A stretch of DNA of 64,000 nt from Eledone cirrhosa (lineage: Eukaryota), in assembly GCA_964016885.1 (NCBI GenBank), contig OZ024766.1, positions 496,001-560,000 on the forward strand, read 5' to 3'. Below, piece after piece: positions 1 to 18,386 of the stretch. Each line of letters begins with the position of its first letter. The stretch's first letter is position 1. Both the position numbers and the translations under genes were made by a program. The notes beneath the pieces are model-generated. The model ran no database searches and was not told the origin of the DNA. It saw only the letters and a program-made list of their open reading frames with translations.

Positions 1-882
1 TGATACATCAAATAAAATCGTAATTGACAATATATAATACACAGGAATTGAACGAAGACTGTGTTACAGTGTCTTATTTAATCAGTAACATAATCCATGA
101 TACATTAAAAAAGACGATATTATACATAAACTGCATTAGGAGGAAATTAGCGATGGAAATATATGAATGTTTATTTAAGCGATGGCCAACCGAAAGTATT
201 GACATTTCATAAATTTTAAAGAAGTGAATCTTTAAAGAAACAAAATATATTTAATCAACAGCCACGAAATTTAGTAGATAAATTATTTATTCAAAGTAAT
301 GCAACTTATTTTACTAATGGGATAAAAAATTATAAACCGTATGCAGTCCCGCGATCCTTACTTTATTATAGTTTAGATTTATTAGGTCAGGTGGATTGGC
401 CAGAACAATTCTACTCTTCTTTTTTAGATGTCACGATCTTCCATGGCATTCCTGAGATCATTAATCTCCAACTGCACATCCTTAGACATCTGATCTATGC
501 AAGTCAATCTCAGTCATCGCACTTGGGTCTTACAATGTTTAGGTATCCACAACAATAGCCAGCTCATCCTACCCTCAGTAGCAATGTCCAGCATATCTTG
601 TCCTCCACTCCCTAGTTATTGTGGTAATCTTTGATATATGTCAGTATATTTCTTCCCTTTGAGTAATGTATTAAAAAATAAAAATAATAAAATATATATA
701 CACACACACACACACATCTATGTTGAGATGTATAAGATTTCTCAAGCTTCATATTTTATATTCTGCCTTCCAAAGTGTGGCTATATATTTGTGTTTTTCA
801 TATTTCACAGTGATGGGGTTTACTGCAACTGTTGACTACGTAGGTGAACAAACATTGACGAATTCTCGTTGAAAGATTTACC

Positions 883-1830
<948 letters not shown>

Positions 1831-2485
1831 TTAATAATATATATATATATAGGTGATTATTGTGGAATATTCCACTATTATTTTTGTTAAGGTGAGAGAA
1901 GCTCTATTCACAATAACATCCTCAGCTCATAAAACAAACGAATAAGTCTTCGTAATTTAAGGTTCTTGTTATTGACGACAGTTCAGGTGACAAGAGAATT
2001 AATATACATAATTTGAAAAGATGAAGGTTAATATATATACATATATACACAGACATACAGTGTGTACGTATGAGAGAGAGAAATAGACGTGTGTGTAGAA
2101 ATATGTGTAAGTGTTGTAATAAATTAAGATATTTCACTTCAGATAGAAAAGTTCACAATGTTTGTGTTGTGATGGAAAAGGAAATAATACGAACTCTAGT
2201 TTTCAAGACCAAATATAAAGTCAAGAAAAGTTAGTAAAAACTAAACGTTCACTGATTTCTGATTAAAATAACATTTTCCTGTCCCGTAAAATGTTGAACA
2301 ACCCCTTCAATATTTAATAATACAGGTGATAAAACAACAACTATAAGGTAAATAAGTCACCGTATGTTATTTACAAACATTAACGTCCACCTTAATATGA
2401 AATAATCACCATAAAAGATAAAATTAGATGAGGTTTAAGTTGTAACAATGGAGCTGATATAAATGGTAATATTTCACTGTCTAGT

Positions 2486-2514
2486 TGACACCGGTGTCAT
2501 GACTTAAAAGTCCC
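2486..2514. promoter_or_regulatory. Conserved upstream motif of the ZNF genes (14-bp palindrome TGACACCGGTGTCA + TTAAAAGTCCC); homologues at ~7334, 12358, 18930, 27552, 32452
   Basis: Present ~510-690 bp upstream of all six ZNF ORFs; function inferred only. Confidence 0.5.
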
Positions 2515-5500
2515 CCCACATAATTTAATACATTCAGAAACAACTTCCGTTATGTTAATTCATACGTTCAGTCAATATGCTAGTAATTTATTCAGATTTG
2601 TATAAATAACATTATTAATGTTACATAACTGTTCATATTAAAACAAAACATTATTAAAGGTAATAAAACATTTATAAAATGGAAATGAAAAGAAGAAAAA
2701 CAAAAACATGAGAGGCCTGTGGAATGATGTGTCTTGCTTAAGGACACAATGTACCTATCTGGAATGTTAGCAAATAAATAAATAAATGAATGGATGAATA
2801 TACAAAAAAGAAAATAGGGCGTTGTTCCCAGCGGGAAGACCCAGAGTTCAGCACGCACACATGCGAGCATGTTAGCAGTTTCTCTTAGAACCTTGTGGCT
2901 AAAGGTGAGCCTCGCAATCGTGAAAACGTGTTATTGTCACTGATGATGGAGTTGGCTTCCTCTTGTTAATGGTAGTGTTTGTTGGTAAGTTGTTGGTGTA
3001 TACACATGTGTTGTTGATGTTAATGTCACTGCTGCTGTCGCTGCCTTCCTCTTGTTGATGGTGGTGGTAGTTGAAACAGCTCCCTATTCAGGCTGCCAGG
3101 CTGGTTGCTGGGGCTCTAACGCCTTCTTTAACCGAAGATGCAGGGTCGTTGTTGTCACTGTTTCTGTCGCTGCCTTCCTCTTGTGAATGGTAGTGATAAT
3201 TGTTGGTGCTACCTATATCGGCTGTCAAGCTAGCTGCTGTATCAGCTTCTGTGAGTGACGCTCCAATGGCCTTCTTCACCAAAGATGCAGGTCAATAGCT
3301 TTTGGCATCGTTTGGCAACACAATGGCAAATAAATATATTCTCTATTTTTTTTTCTTTCTTTCTAATCCGATTCAATATCATCAATTGGAAAGACCAATG
3401 GAAACATTGTTTCCTTGGTCCAATCTGATGAGTTCCACTCCACTTGGTAAGAACTTAGATGTTGAGATTTATTACAAAAAAAAAAAAAAAATCACTAAAA
3501 TCAAGATACTGGGTTTGTATGTGTCTGTTGTGGTGAGGTGTGGTGTGGTGTGTGGTGTGTTGTGGTGTTTTGATGTGGTGTGTGTGTGTGTGCAGGGTGA
3601 TGTGTTGTTGTGTGTGTGTAGTGTAAAGAGGAAATTTTACACACATAGAACCTAGAAAGGGTGTGTGAGGACTCTACCCTCTACAACCCTCTCAGAAATA
3701 AATGCGTGAAGAAAAAGAGAAGAAAGTTCTAAAGTATTTTCAAATGTTAATTATTTTTTAAAAAGTCAAAATTTCAACTGTCATGAAAGTACCATCCAAC
3801 AAATATTAAAGTTATGCAATTGTTTTTATTTACACATGTGGATATTTTGTCATAAATATAAATATAAACCAGTTAAGGTTTACAAAATAAACACATATAA
3901 ATAAATACATCAATGTTTTTTATTTTTTAAATGTAGTCGTAAGGGTGTCACTGTGGACATTTGAAGCTTGGTGGAACCCTTCACTCTCCAGGTTTGAACA
4001 GTTTATTTCTTCCAGAGAAGGAGAGAGAATAAGAGGGAGGAAGTGAGATAGAAATATAGAGAGGAAGAACAGACCCCAGTGATAGACTGGTATTGTTTTT
4101 ATCAACCTTGAATGGACGAAAGAAAGTTGACCTCAGCAGGATTTAAACTCAGAGAGCAGAGGACCAGGATAAATATGGCAGAAAGCATTATATCTATTGT
4201 TTTATAGACTTTAAATAAATGTTTCTACTTTTGATTCAAGGCCACCAATTAAATCAGGCCCAGTGCATTACTTTTACTGTTTTTTATCAACCTTGAATGG
4301 ATGAAAGTCAAAGTTGACCATGGCATGTTTTAAAGCAGAACATCAAGGACTGTAACTTTATGACACAAAGCATATCGTCTGACACTCTACTGATTCTGCT
4401 AATCCACCAGCCTCAACAATGAAATGAGATTGTGTCTCTGTAAGAGCCCTTAATGACAAATAATATGAAGGGGTATTTTCTACAGGGTGTATTTTTTAAT
4501 TACAATACAAAACCTCTGAGAATGATTTCCAACATATTTCACCATAATAAATGTTCATCAATATATATTAATATTATTATTATTTTCTGCTAGCATGTGT
4601 AGTGTGCATATTGATATTATACACAGGTATATATACATGTAGATATGATACATCAAATAAAATCGTAATTGACAATATATAATACACAGGAATTGAACGA
4701 AGACTGTGTTACAGTGTCTTATTTAATCAGTAACATAATCCATGATACATTAAAAAAGACGATATTATACATAAACTGCATTAGGAGGAAATTAGCGACG
4801 GAAATATATGAATGTTTATTTAAGCGATGGCCAACCGAAAGTATTGACATTTCATAAATTTTAAAGAAGTGAATCTTTAAAGAAACAAAATATATTTAAT
4901 CAACAGCCACGAAATTTAGTAGATAAATTATTTATTCAAAGTAATGCAACTTATTTTACTAATGGGATAAAAAATTATAAACCGTATGCAGTCCCATGCT
5001 TCTTACTTTATTATAGTTTAGATTTATTAGGTCAGGTGGATTGGCCAGAACAATTCTACTCTTTTTTTTTAGATGTCACGATCTTCCATGGCATTCCTGA
5101 GATCATTAATCTCCAGCTGGACATCCTGAGACATCTGATTTATGCAGGTCAATCTCAGTCATCACACTAGGGTCTTACAATGTTTAGGTATCCACAACAA
5201 TAGCTAGCTCATCCTACCCTCAGTAGCAATGTCCAGCATATCTTGTCCTCCGCTCCCTAGTTATTGTGGTAATCTTTGATATATGTCAGTATATTTCTTC
5301 CCTTTGAGTAATGTATTAAAAAATAAAAATAATAAAATATATATATACACACACACACACAACATATATGTTGAGATGTATAAGATTTCTCAAGCTTCAT
5401 ATTTTATATTCTGCCTTCCAAAGTGTGGCTATATATTTGTGTTTTTCATATTTCACAGTGATGGGGTTTACTGCAACTGTTGACTACGTAGGTGAACAAA

Positions 5501-5530
5501 CATTGACGAATTCTCGTTGAAAGATTTACC

Positions 5531-6730
<1,200 letters not shown>

Positions 6731-9700
6731 TTAATAATATATATATACATAGGTGATTATTGTGGAATATTCCACTATTATTTTTGTTAAGGTGAGAGAA
6801 GCTCTATTCACAATAAAATCCTCAGCTCATAAAACATACGAATAAGTTTTATAATTAATATCCATAATTTGAAAATATGAAGGTTAATATATATACATAT
6901 ATATATACACAGACATACAGTGTGTAGGTATGAGAGAGAGAAATAGACGTGTGTGTGTGTGTGTAGAAATGTGTGCAAGTGTTGTAATAAATCAAGATAT
7001 TTAACTTCAGGTAGTTAAAAAGGAAAAGGAAATAATACGAACTTTAGTTTTCAAGACCAAATATAAAGTCAAGAAAAGTTAGTAAAAACTAAACGTTCAC
7101 TGATTTCTGATTAAAATAATATTTTCCTGTCCCGGAAAATGTTGAACAACAACTTCAATATTTAATAATACAGGTGATAAAACAACAACTATAAGGTAAA
7201 TAAGTCACCTTATGTTATTTACAAACATTAACGTCCACCTTAATATGAAATAATCACCATAAAAGATAAAATTAGATGAGGTTTAAGTTGTAACAATGGA
7301 GCTGATATAAATGATAATATTTCTCTGTCTAGTTGACACCGGTGTCATGACTTAATAGTCCCCCCACATAATTTAATACATTCAGAAACAACTTCCGTTA
7401 TGTTAATTCATACGTTCAGTCAATATGCTAGTAATTTATTCAGATTTGTATAAATAACATTATTAATGTTACATAACTGTTCATATTAAAACAAAACATT
7501 ATTAAAGGTAATAAAACATTTATAAAATGGAAATGAAAAGAAGAAAAACAAAAACATGAGAGGCCTGTGGAATGATGTGTCTTGCTTAAGGACACAATGT
7601 ACCTATCTGGAATGTTAGCAAATAAATAAATAAATGAATGGATGAATATACAAAAAAGAAAATAGGGCGTTGTTCCCAGCGGGAAGACCCAGAGTTCAGC
7701 ACGCACACATGCGAGCATGTTAGCAGTTTCTCTTAGAACCTTGTGGCTAAAGGTGAGCCTCGCAATCGTGAAAACGTGTTATTGTCACTGATGATGGAGT
7801 TGGCTTCCTCTTGTTAATGGTAGTGTTTGCTGGGAAGTTGTTGGTGTATACACATGTGTTGTTGATGTTAATGTCACTGCTGCTGTCGCTGCCTTCCTCT
7901 TGTTGATGGTGGTGGTAGTTGAAACAGCTCCCTATTCAGGCTGCCAGGCTGGTTGCTGGGGCTCTAACGCCTTCTTTAACCGAAGATGCAGGGTCGTTGT
8001 TGTCACTGTTTCTGTCGCCGCCTTCCTCTTGTTAATGGTAGTGATAATTGTTGGTGCTACCTATATCGGCTGTCAAGCTGGCTGCTGTATCAGCTTCTGT
8101 GAGTGACGCTCCAATGGCCTTCTTCACCAAAGATGCAGGTCAATAGCTTTTGGCATCGTTTGGCAACACAATGGCAAATAAATATATTCTCTATTTTTTT
8201 TTCTTTCTTTCTAATCCGATTCAATATCATCAATTGGAAAGACCAATGGAAACATTGTTTCCTTGGTCCAATCTGATGAGTTCCACTCCACTTGGTAAGA
8301 ACTTAGATGTTGAGATTTATTACAAAAAAAAAAAAAATCACTAAAATCAAGATACTGGGTTTGTATGTGTCTGTTGTGGTGAGGTGTGGTGTGGTGTGTG
8401 GTGTGTTGTGGTGTTTTGATGTGGTGTGTGTGTGTGTGTGTGTGCAGGGTGATGTGTTGTTGTGTGTGTGTAGTGTAAAGAGGAAATTTTACACACATAG
8501 AACCTAGAAAGGGTGTGTGAGGACTCTACCCTCTACAACCCTCTCAGAAATAAATGCGTGAAGAAAAAGAGAAGAAAGTTGTAAAGTATTTTCAAATGTT
8601 AATTATTTTTTAAAAAGTCAAAATTTCAACTGTCATGAAAGTACCATCCAACAAATATTAAAGTTATGCAATTGTTTTTATTTACACATGTGGATATTTT
8701 GTCATAAATATAAATATAAACCAGTTAAGGTTTACAAAATAAACACATATAAATAAATACATCAATGTTTTTTATTTTTTAAATGATGTAGTCGTAAGGG
8801 TGTCACTGTGGACATTTGAAGCTTGGTGGAACCCTTCACTCTCCAGGTTTGAACAGTTTATTTCTTCCAGAGAAGGAGAGAGAATAAGAGGGAGGAAGTG
8901 AGATAGAAATATAGAGGAAGAACAGACCCCAGTGATAGACTGGTATTGTTTTTTATCAACCTTGAATGGACGAAAGAAAGTTGACCTCAGCAGGATTTAA
9001 ACTCAGAGAGCAGAGGACCAGGATAAATATGGCAGAAAGCATTATATCTATTGTTTTATAGACTTTAAATAAATGTTTCTACTTTTGATTCAAGGCCACC
9101 AATTAAATCAGGCCCAGTGCATTACTTTTACTGTTTTTTATCAACCTTGAATGGATGAAAGTCAAAGTTGACCATGGCATGTTTTAAACCCAGAACATCA
9201 AGGACTGTAACTTTATGACACAAAGCATATCGTATGACACTCTACTGATTCTGCTACTCCACCAGCCTCAACAATGAAATGAGATTGTGTCTCTGTAAGA
9301 GCCCTTAATGACAAATAATATGAAGGGGTATTTTCTACAGGGTGTATTTTTTAATTACAATACAAAACCTCTGAGAATGATTTCCAACACATTTCACCAT
9401 AATAAATGTTCATCAATATATATTAATATTATTATTATTTTCTGCTAGCATGTGTAGTGTGCATATTGATATTATACTCAGGTATATATACATACATGTA
9501 GATATGATACATCAAATAAAATCGTAATTGACAATATATAATACACAGGAATTGAACGAAGACTGTGTTACAGTGTCTTATTTAATCAGTAACATAATCC
9601 ATGATACATTAAAAAAGACGATATTATACATAAACTGCATTAGGAGGAAATTAGCGACGGAAATATATGAATGTTTATTTAAGCGATGGCCAACCGAAAG

Positions 9701-10388
9701 TATTGACATTTCATAAATTTTAAAGAAGTGAATCTTTAAAGAAACAAAATATATTTAATCAACAGCCACGAAATTTAGTAGATAAATTATTTATTCAAAG
9801 TAATGCAACTTATTTTACTAATGGGATAAAAAATTATAAACCGTATGCAGTCCCGCGATCCTTACTTTATTATAGTTTAGATTTATTAGGTCAGGTGGAT
9901 TGGCCAGAACAATTCTACTCTTCTTTTTTAGATGTCACGATCTTCCATGGCATTCCTGAGATCATTAATCTCCAGCTGGACATCCTGAGACATCTGATTT
10001 ATGCAGGTCTATCTCAGTCATCGCACTAGGGTCTTACAATGTTTAGGTATCCACAACAATAGCCAGCTCATCCTACCCTCAGTAGCAATGTCCAGCATAT
10101 CTTGTCCTCCGCTCCCTAGTTATTGTGGTAATCTTTGATATATGTCAGTATATTTCTTCCCTTTGAGTAATGTATTAAAAAATAAAAATAATAAAATATA
10201 TATATACACACACACACACACATCTATGTTGAGATGTATAAGATTTCTCAAGCTTCATATTTTATATTCTGCCTTCCAAAGTGTGGCTATATATTTGTGT
10301 TTTTCATATTTCACAGTGATGGGGTTTACTGCAACTGTTGACTACGTAGGTGAACAAACATTGACGAATTCTCGTTGAAAGATTTACC

Positions 10389-11756
<1,368 letters not shown>

Positions 11757-12829
11757 TTAATAATATATATATATAGGTGATTATTGTGGAATGTTCCACT
11801 ATTATTTTTGTTAAGGTGAGAGAAGCTCTATTCACAATAAAATCCTCAGCTCATAAAACATACGAATCAGTCTTATAATTAATATCCATAATTTGAAAAG
11901 ATGAAGGTTAATATATATACATATATATATACACAGACATACAGTGTGTAGGTATGAGAGAGAGAAATAGACGTGTGTGTGTGTGTGTAGAAATGTGTGC
12001 AAGTGTTGTAATAAATCAAGATATTTAACTTCAGGTAGTTAAAAAGGAAAAGGAAATAATACGAACTTTAGTTTTCAAGACCAAATATAAAGTCAAGAAA
12101 AGTTAGTAAAAACTAAATGTTCACTGATTTCTGATTAAAATAATATTTTCCTGTCCTGTAAAATGTTGAACAACAACTTCAATATTTAATAATACAGGTG
12201 ATAAAACAACAACTATAAGGTAAATAAGTCACCTTATGTTATTTACAAACATTAACGTCCACCTTAATATGAAGTAATCACCATAAAAGATAAAATTAGA
12301 TGAGGTTTAAGTTGTAACAATGGAGCTGATATAAATGGTAATATTTCACTGTCTAGTTGACACCGGTGTCATGACTTAATAGTCCCCTATATAATTTAAT
12401 ACATTCAGAAACAACTTCCGTTATCTTAATGCACACGTTCAACCTATTTTTCCTTAAACTCCAACTAATGCTGCAACTCAGCTTTTTCAGCTGTATTGAT
12501 TGGAGACACGTGAAATGAAGCATATGTATATATATATATATATCCCTTTACAGACTGAGTTCAAATCCCGTCGTGGTTAACTTTACCAGTAATGCACTGG
12601 ATAATTGCTGGCCTTGTGCCATAAGAAGAAACATATATATATATATATAAGCATCATTTCAGGTATCTCCAATCAGTTCACCTGAAAAAGATATATATAT
12701 TAGCAGAAATATATGATTGAGAACACAAAACGCTTGGATTTTATTCTTTACTCCATAGTTCATCTGAAAGGGTAACATTCGTTTTCTGATGGAAGGAATT
12801 ACATAATATTTATATACCTCCGTAGAAGG

Positions 12830-12860
<31 letters not shown>

Positions 12861-13278
12861 TATTATTGTTTATCCTTCAACCTTTAAATGTAAACATACC
12901 GTTACTGCCCCGGCCCCCTAAAGACCCATTAATAAGTGTAAATAGATATCGAGACCTCTATTAACAGTTTAAATCTGCCTTTGCACCTATATATTCACAT
13001 ATCTGAAGAGATGTCAAATAAAGCGTCGGGTCCCGTCATCTTGATTGTACCCTAACCTCATATCCAAACAATTGTAATATGCCAATAAAGTTTGTACTTA
13101 TGCTGCAACACTGACTTCGATTCTTTTCAATCTACACTCTGTAAATTACAGCCGTAACCCTGGAATACATCCTAAACGAGACGAACCCCGCAACAGCATT
13201 GAGTCCTTCGAACGGCACGTAACTGTAGTTACACACCTAACTATCACATACATACACAGTCATATATTTACATATACA

Positions 13279-13531
13279 CACGTATGGGCAACCTGCGGCC
13301 CGCGAAGCTTTCTGAATGGCTCACCTAAGTCACCAAGTGAAATCTTTTTCTATAATATTTACGATCGAGCAAAACAACGTGTACGAATTAAGAGGAAACA
13401 AATCAAAACAACCTGAGTTACCGCCCCTGCTTTTCTAATGTGGCCACGAATGTAGATTAGCCCTTGTGGCCCGCCTCATGATGAGCCATATCTCATGCGG
13501 GCCGCTTCCCGAGAAAGGTTGCCCATGCCTG
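13279..13531. mobile_element. hAT (Charlie-like) MITE
   Basis: Imperfect TIRs CACGTATGGGCAACC / GGTTGCCCATGCCTG with subterminal GCGGCCCGC motifs typical of hAT-Charlie ends. Confidence 0.65.
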
Positions 13532-14117
13532 GTATATATAGATGCATATATATACGTTGGGTAGCACCTGTGTGTGTGTTTATGTCTCACAAGATAGTGT
13601 TTCGATTTTGAAAAATGTTCGATAAAGTATTTTAGGTGATCAAATTGTTTGATAAGCAAAGCAACATACACACTCACTCTCTTGTTCCCTGTATCTATCT
13701 ATCTATCTATCCTTTTCTGGAAGAAATTGACTTTGAAACCAATGCCGTCGAGGGTAGCTCCTCCTTTCATCCTTTACTACCCCTCCACCAAAACTATTGT
13801 CGTTGTCCCTAAATCAGAAACAGTTGTTACATACGACTGTGAGGTGGGTTTTATCATAAAAATTTACCTTAAATTCAATTACAATAATTTTTTTAATAAC
13901 ATTTACGAAAATATTTAGGCGAGGAGGGACACAAACCCTGTTGTAGCATGTAATTGAGTGAGTATATCTTGTCACTATTTAGTTGACTGCTTTTCTTTTG
14001 CTAACGTGGAAGAACTGACATAAAATGGTGATGATGATGATGATGATATATATATGTGTGTGTGTACAGAATGGCCATCCAAAAATGTGTAATTATGTAT
14101 ATACATATGTATATATT

Positions 14118-15075
14118 ATGGAATCCCCAAGAAGATAGTGGACCTGATATCACTGCTCTACACCAACACCCAAGTTATTACACCTGATGGGATGACAGAG
14201 TTCTTTGAGATACTGGCTGGAGTGCTCCAGGGAGATACATTGGCTCCTTATCTTTTTACAATGGACTATTGTATGCGCCTTGCACTGGAGAAATACCAGG
14301 ACTCTGGCTTTACTGTAGCACCGGCTCAGAGCAGGAGAGTTAAGGCAAAAAAGATATCAGATGCTGAATTTGCTGACGACATAGTTTTGGTGACAAATAC
14401 AGTGAAGGAGGCAGAGGATTTGATGCAGGAGGTTGAGACTGTGTCGATGAGTGTGGGGCTGAGAATGAATGAGACTAAAACAAAATATCTGGTAGAGAAT
14501 GTTGAGAAGCCAGAGGGGATCACTAATGTAGGTGGGAAGCCGCTAGAATTGGTTGAGGACTTCCTGTATTTGGCAGCAAAGATTGGGAATAGGGAAGATG
14601 AAGTGGTTGAGAGGAAGAGCAAAGCCTGTGTGGCGTGCCACAGCTTGAGATCAGTGTGGAAGTTGGACCTTCGTAAAGACCTGAAGATCCGTCTCTTCGT
14701 TGCTGTAGTGGAGTCTGTGCTACTGCACGGGTCTGAGACTTGGACACTGACCAAGAAACTCACTCAGATGGTGGCTGGGTGCTACACGAGAATGCTGAGG
14801 ATGGCTCTGAACATTAATCAGTATACACTGAGGATGAAAATCTCAGAGCTGTATGGGAGCCTCCCAAAAGTCAGCTCAAAAGTGACACAGAGGAGATTGA
14901 GGTTAGCTGGACATGCTCACCGACATCCAGAGTTGACATTGCACTCAGTGCTCCTTTGGGAGCCCCTACATGGACACAAGAGAAGAGGAAGACTAAGGTT
15001 AACGTATGTTTATGCCCTAAGGACAGACACTGGTCTGTAGGAGACGCAGGACATGGCAGCGATAATGAGGGACAG
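14118..15075 (+). mobile_element. 5'-truncated RTE-type LINE: reverse transcriptase and C-terminal region
   Basis: ORF 14138-15040 with GVLQGDTLAPYLF, FADDIVL, LLHGSETW, QRRLRLAGH. Confidence 0.9.
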
Positions 15076-15192
15076 AGACCTCTGGAGAGAACTCGTCCAT
15101 GGATCTCGGGAATTTTACCCGTCCTAGAAAAATGTATATATGTATATACATTTATACATATGTATATATATACATACATATGTATGTATATA

Positions 15193-15540
15193 TGCGGGGA
15201 CATAGAAAAAGTCGGGCTGGACACCCGATCACGCGGTTAAACCAATGGGAGTGAAGGACCCCTAGCCTTTGTCAGGGCATTCTTCTAGAAGGCAACTCAG
15301 GAAACTGGGATAACTCCAATATAAAACCTGCAGCTCAGTAGTTACCGATGATGTTGATCTTTTCTTCTTTTCAGGTTATAGCGACTGTCTCTCAGAGAGT
15401 GGGATTGGCTCAGTGCACAGTCTTTCCTCACTTTAACAAATATCTTCACGCACAGGCATTGCACGATAGAATTAATTAATAATTATTAATAATGATATAT
15501 CGTGCAATGGCCATACTCGATAACGAGAGGGCAGCCATCA
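15193..15540 (+). mobile_element. Non-coding interspersed element (possibly RTE 5'UTR-derived); inverted copy at 60305-61755, diverged relatives at 55590-56285 and ~40670-40900
   Basis: Direct sequence match to the reverse complement of 60305-60380 + 60705-61755; internal stem CATTGCACGATA/TATCGTGCAATG. Confidence 0.6.
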
Positions 15541-16289
15541 TGTATATATTTATATGTACATAAAAGGTAAATATAAATAACGACACAATCGGTACAGTGT
15601 ATGGAAGGAATATATTAGTTTAACGCTTGATATAGCAGAAAGAGGGTCTTAACGTTTCAGAAGTGAGTCCTTCATGTGTATGTATATGCATATGTATGTA
15701 CGTATATATATATAAATGTATATATATATATATATATATACATACATTTCTGTTTAGTGGTTCACCAATGGCTAGAACTGGTCATTAAGTTTAGTTAACC
15801 ATGATGTATTAGTAGGAAAAGCACTCAACATTGATGTTGAATCTTGTTCTTGGTGCAATAACATAGCTGAATATTAGTTTGATTAAAACAACAGGAGGCT
15901 GGATTAGGTATGTCCTTTTAAAGTTTTATTGTTGCAAAAAACATTATATACATTTCTTTGACCTGGTTACTTACTCAGTGCTGATTGGGTCACCTGTGTA
16001 ACAAAAGCAGCCAACAATTTCTAAGGACCACCCTTTGCAGCTAAGGGTATAAATTTCACATGTGCTGCATATAAAGTCCGAACCTGCCTGCAATCACATT
16101 GCATTTCCCTGGGAGCCCCTTATGCTAATTTTTCTCACCCTTTTCCCACACATCAATCAAGGGCACCTCAATGATAAAATCAGGTGATAGAGGCTCCTTC
16201 AGTCAGACATTACAACGGAGGATATTTGTGTTATAATCTAACATTTCTGAGACAAGATGAAACATACACAGCATTACTCAGGTGATAGA

Positions 16290-16850
<561 letters not shown>

Positions 16851-18386
16851 TCACAATGATAGGGCTTTTTCCCCAGTGTAACAACATATATGACTGTAAT
16901 TCTGAGTGAAAGATTTCCCACATATTTCACAATGTAAGGGTTTCTCTCCAGTGTGTGTTCTTTTGTGTCTAGATAAGTCATTGTTTGAAATAAGAGATTT
17001 CCCACATATTTCACAATCAAAGAGTTTCTCTGCAGTGTGTCTTTTTTTGTGTGTAATCAAATAACTCCTTCTAACAAAACATTTCCCACATATTTCACAA
17101 TGGAAGGGTTTCTCTCCAGTGTGTGTTCGTTTATGTGTAGTTAAAGTAGAGCTTTGGAGAAAAGATTCCCCACATATTTCACAATGGAAGGGTTTCTCTC
17201 CAGTGTGTGTTCGTTTATGTGTAGTTAAATGACTGCTCCTAATAAAAGATTTCCCACATATTTCACAATGGAAGGGTTTCTCTCCAGTGTGTGTTCTTTT
17301 ATGCTCAATTAAATGACTCCTTTCAACAAAACATTTCCCACATATTTCACAATGATAGGGTTTTTCTCCAGTGTGACTTCTTATGTGTGCAGTCAAATTA
17401 CAGCTACGGAGAAAACATTTCCCACATATTTCACAATGATAGGGTTTTTCTCCAGTGTGAGTTCTTATGTGTGCAGTCAAATTACAGTTACGGAGAAAAC
17501 ATTTCCCACATATTTCACAATGAAAGAGTTTCTCTCCAGTGTGTTTGTATTTGTGTCTCGTTAAGTCACTGCTGGAGACAAATGTTTTCCTACATATTTC
17601 ACAGTGATAGGGTTTCTCTCCAGTGTGTGTTCTTATGTGTACAGTTAAGCTACTGTTTTGAAGAAATGATTTCCCACATATTTCACAATTATAGGGTTTC
17701 TCTCCAGTGTGTATTCTTTTGTGTCTACATAAGTCATTGTTTGAAAGAAAAGATTTCCCACATATTTCACAATTGAAGGGTTTCTTTCCAGTGTGGCTAT
17801 GTATATGCTTAACAAGATGAGATTTCTGAATGAAAGATTTCCCACATATTTCACAATGGAATGGTTTTTCCCTAGTGTGACTACGTATGTGGTTAACAAG
17901 ATGGGGTTTCTGTGTGAAATATTTCCCACATATTTCACAATGGAAGGGTTTTTCTCCTGTGTGTGTTCTTTTGTGTATAGTTAAATCACTCCTTTTAAGA
18001 AAACATTTCCCACATATCTCACAATGGTAAGGTTTTTCTCCTGTGTGTGTTCTTTTGTGTTGCAACAGAGTAGAGCTACGGCCAAAATATTTCCCACATA
18101 TTTCACATTTGAAGGGTTTCTCTCCTCTGTGTCTACATAAATCACGGTTACAGCCAAAATATTTCCCACATGTCTCACAGTGTTTGTGTGTAGATAATTC
18201 ATCTTCTGATGAGAAAGTTTCACTACAAACCCCACAGCTATATTCAGGAATATTTCTGTGTAATGATCCTTGTTCAGTACATGTTTCACTAGGTAAAGGT
18301 TTCTCACCACTGTATGACTGTGTAACTGTATCTATATTGGTAGAAACAGGTGTAGTAGAAATGTCCAAGGGTTTAACGTCTTCCAT
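16851..18386 (-). CDS. Poly-C2H2 zinc-finger protein ZNF-4 (~14 canonical fingers plus degenerate terminal ones)
   Basis: ATG of MEDVKPLDIS at 18386, shared with ZNF-5 and ZNF-6; tandem fingers; frameshifted last finger. Confidence 0.85.
   Translation of the reverse strand: MEDVKPLDISTTPVSTNIDTVTQSYSGEKPLPSETCTEQGSLHRNIPEYSCGVCSETFSSEDELSTHKHCETCGKYFGCNRDLCRHRGEKPFKCEICGKYFGRSSTLLQHKRTHTGEKPYHCEICGKCFLKRSDLTIHKRTHTGEKPFHCEICGKYFTQKPHLVNHIRSHTREKPFHCEICGKSFIQKSHLVKHIHSHTGKKPFNCEICGKSFLSNNDLCRHKRIHTGEKPYNCEICGKSFLQNSSLTVHIRTHTGEKPYHCEICRKTFVSSSDLTRHKYKHTGEKLFHCEICGKCFLRNCNLTAHIRTHTGEKPYHCEICGKCFLRSCNLTAHIRSHTGEKPYHCEICGKCFVERSHLIEHKRTHTGEKPFHCEICGKSFIRSSHLTTHKRTHTGEKPFHCEICGESFLQSSTLTTHKRTHTGEKPFHCEICGKCFVRRSYLITHKKRHTAEKLFDCEICGKSLISNNDLSRHKRTHTGEKPLHCEICGKSFTQNYSHICCYTGEKALSL

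Noticed and set aside
24-835. Small ORFs repeated in each duplicon (24-212, 638-835; also 2592-2870)
   Set aside because: Conserved only because the duplication is recent; AT-rich with no recognisable motifs.
12780-13045. Hammerhead-like starts at ~12786 (CTGATGG) and ~13002 (CTGAAGA-GATG/CGTC)
   Set aside because: No GAAA core and weak stem I; at most decayed relics.
15640-15676. Half hammerhead on the minus strand (ATGAAGGA..TCTGAAACGTT); likewise CTGATGAAGG at 56452 and CTGATGAG at 3425 and 57155
   Set aside because: Truncated or lacking the second core strand, so not counted.
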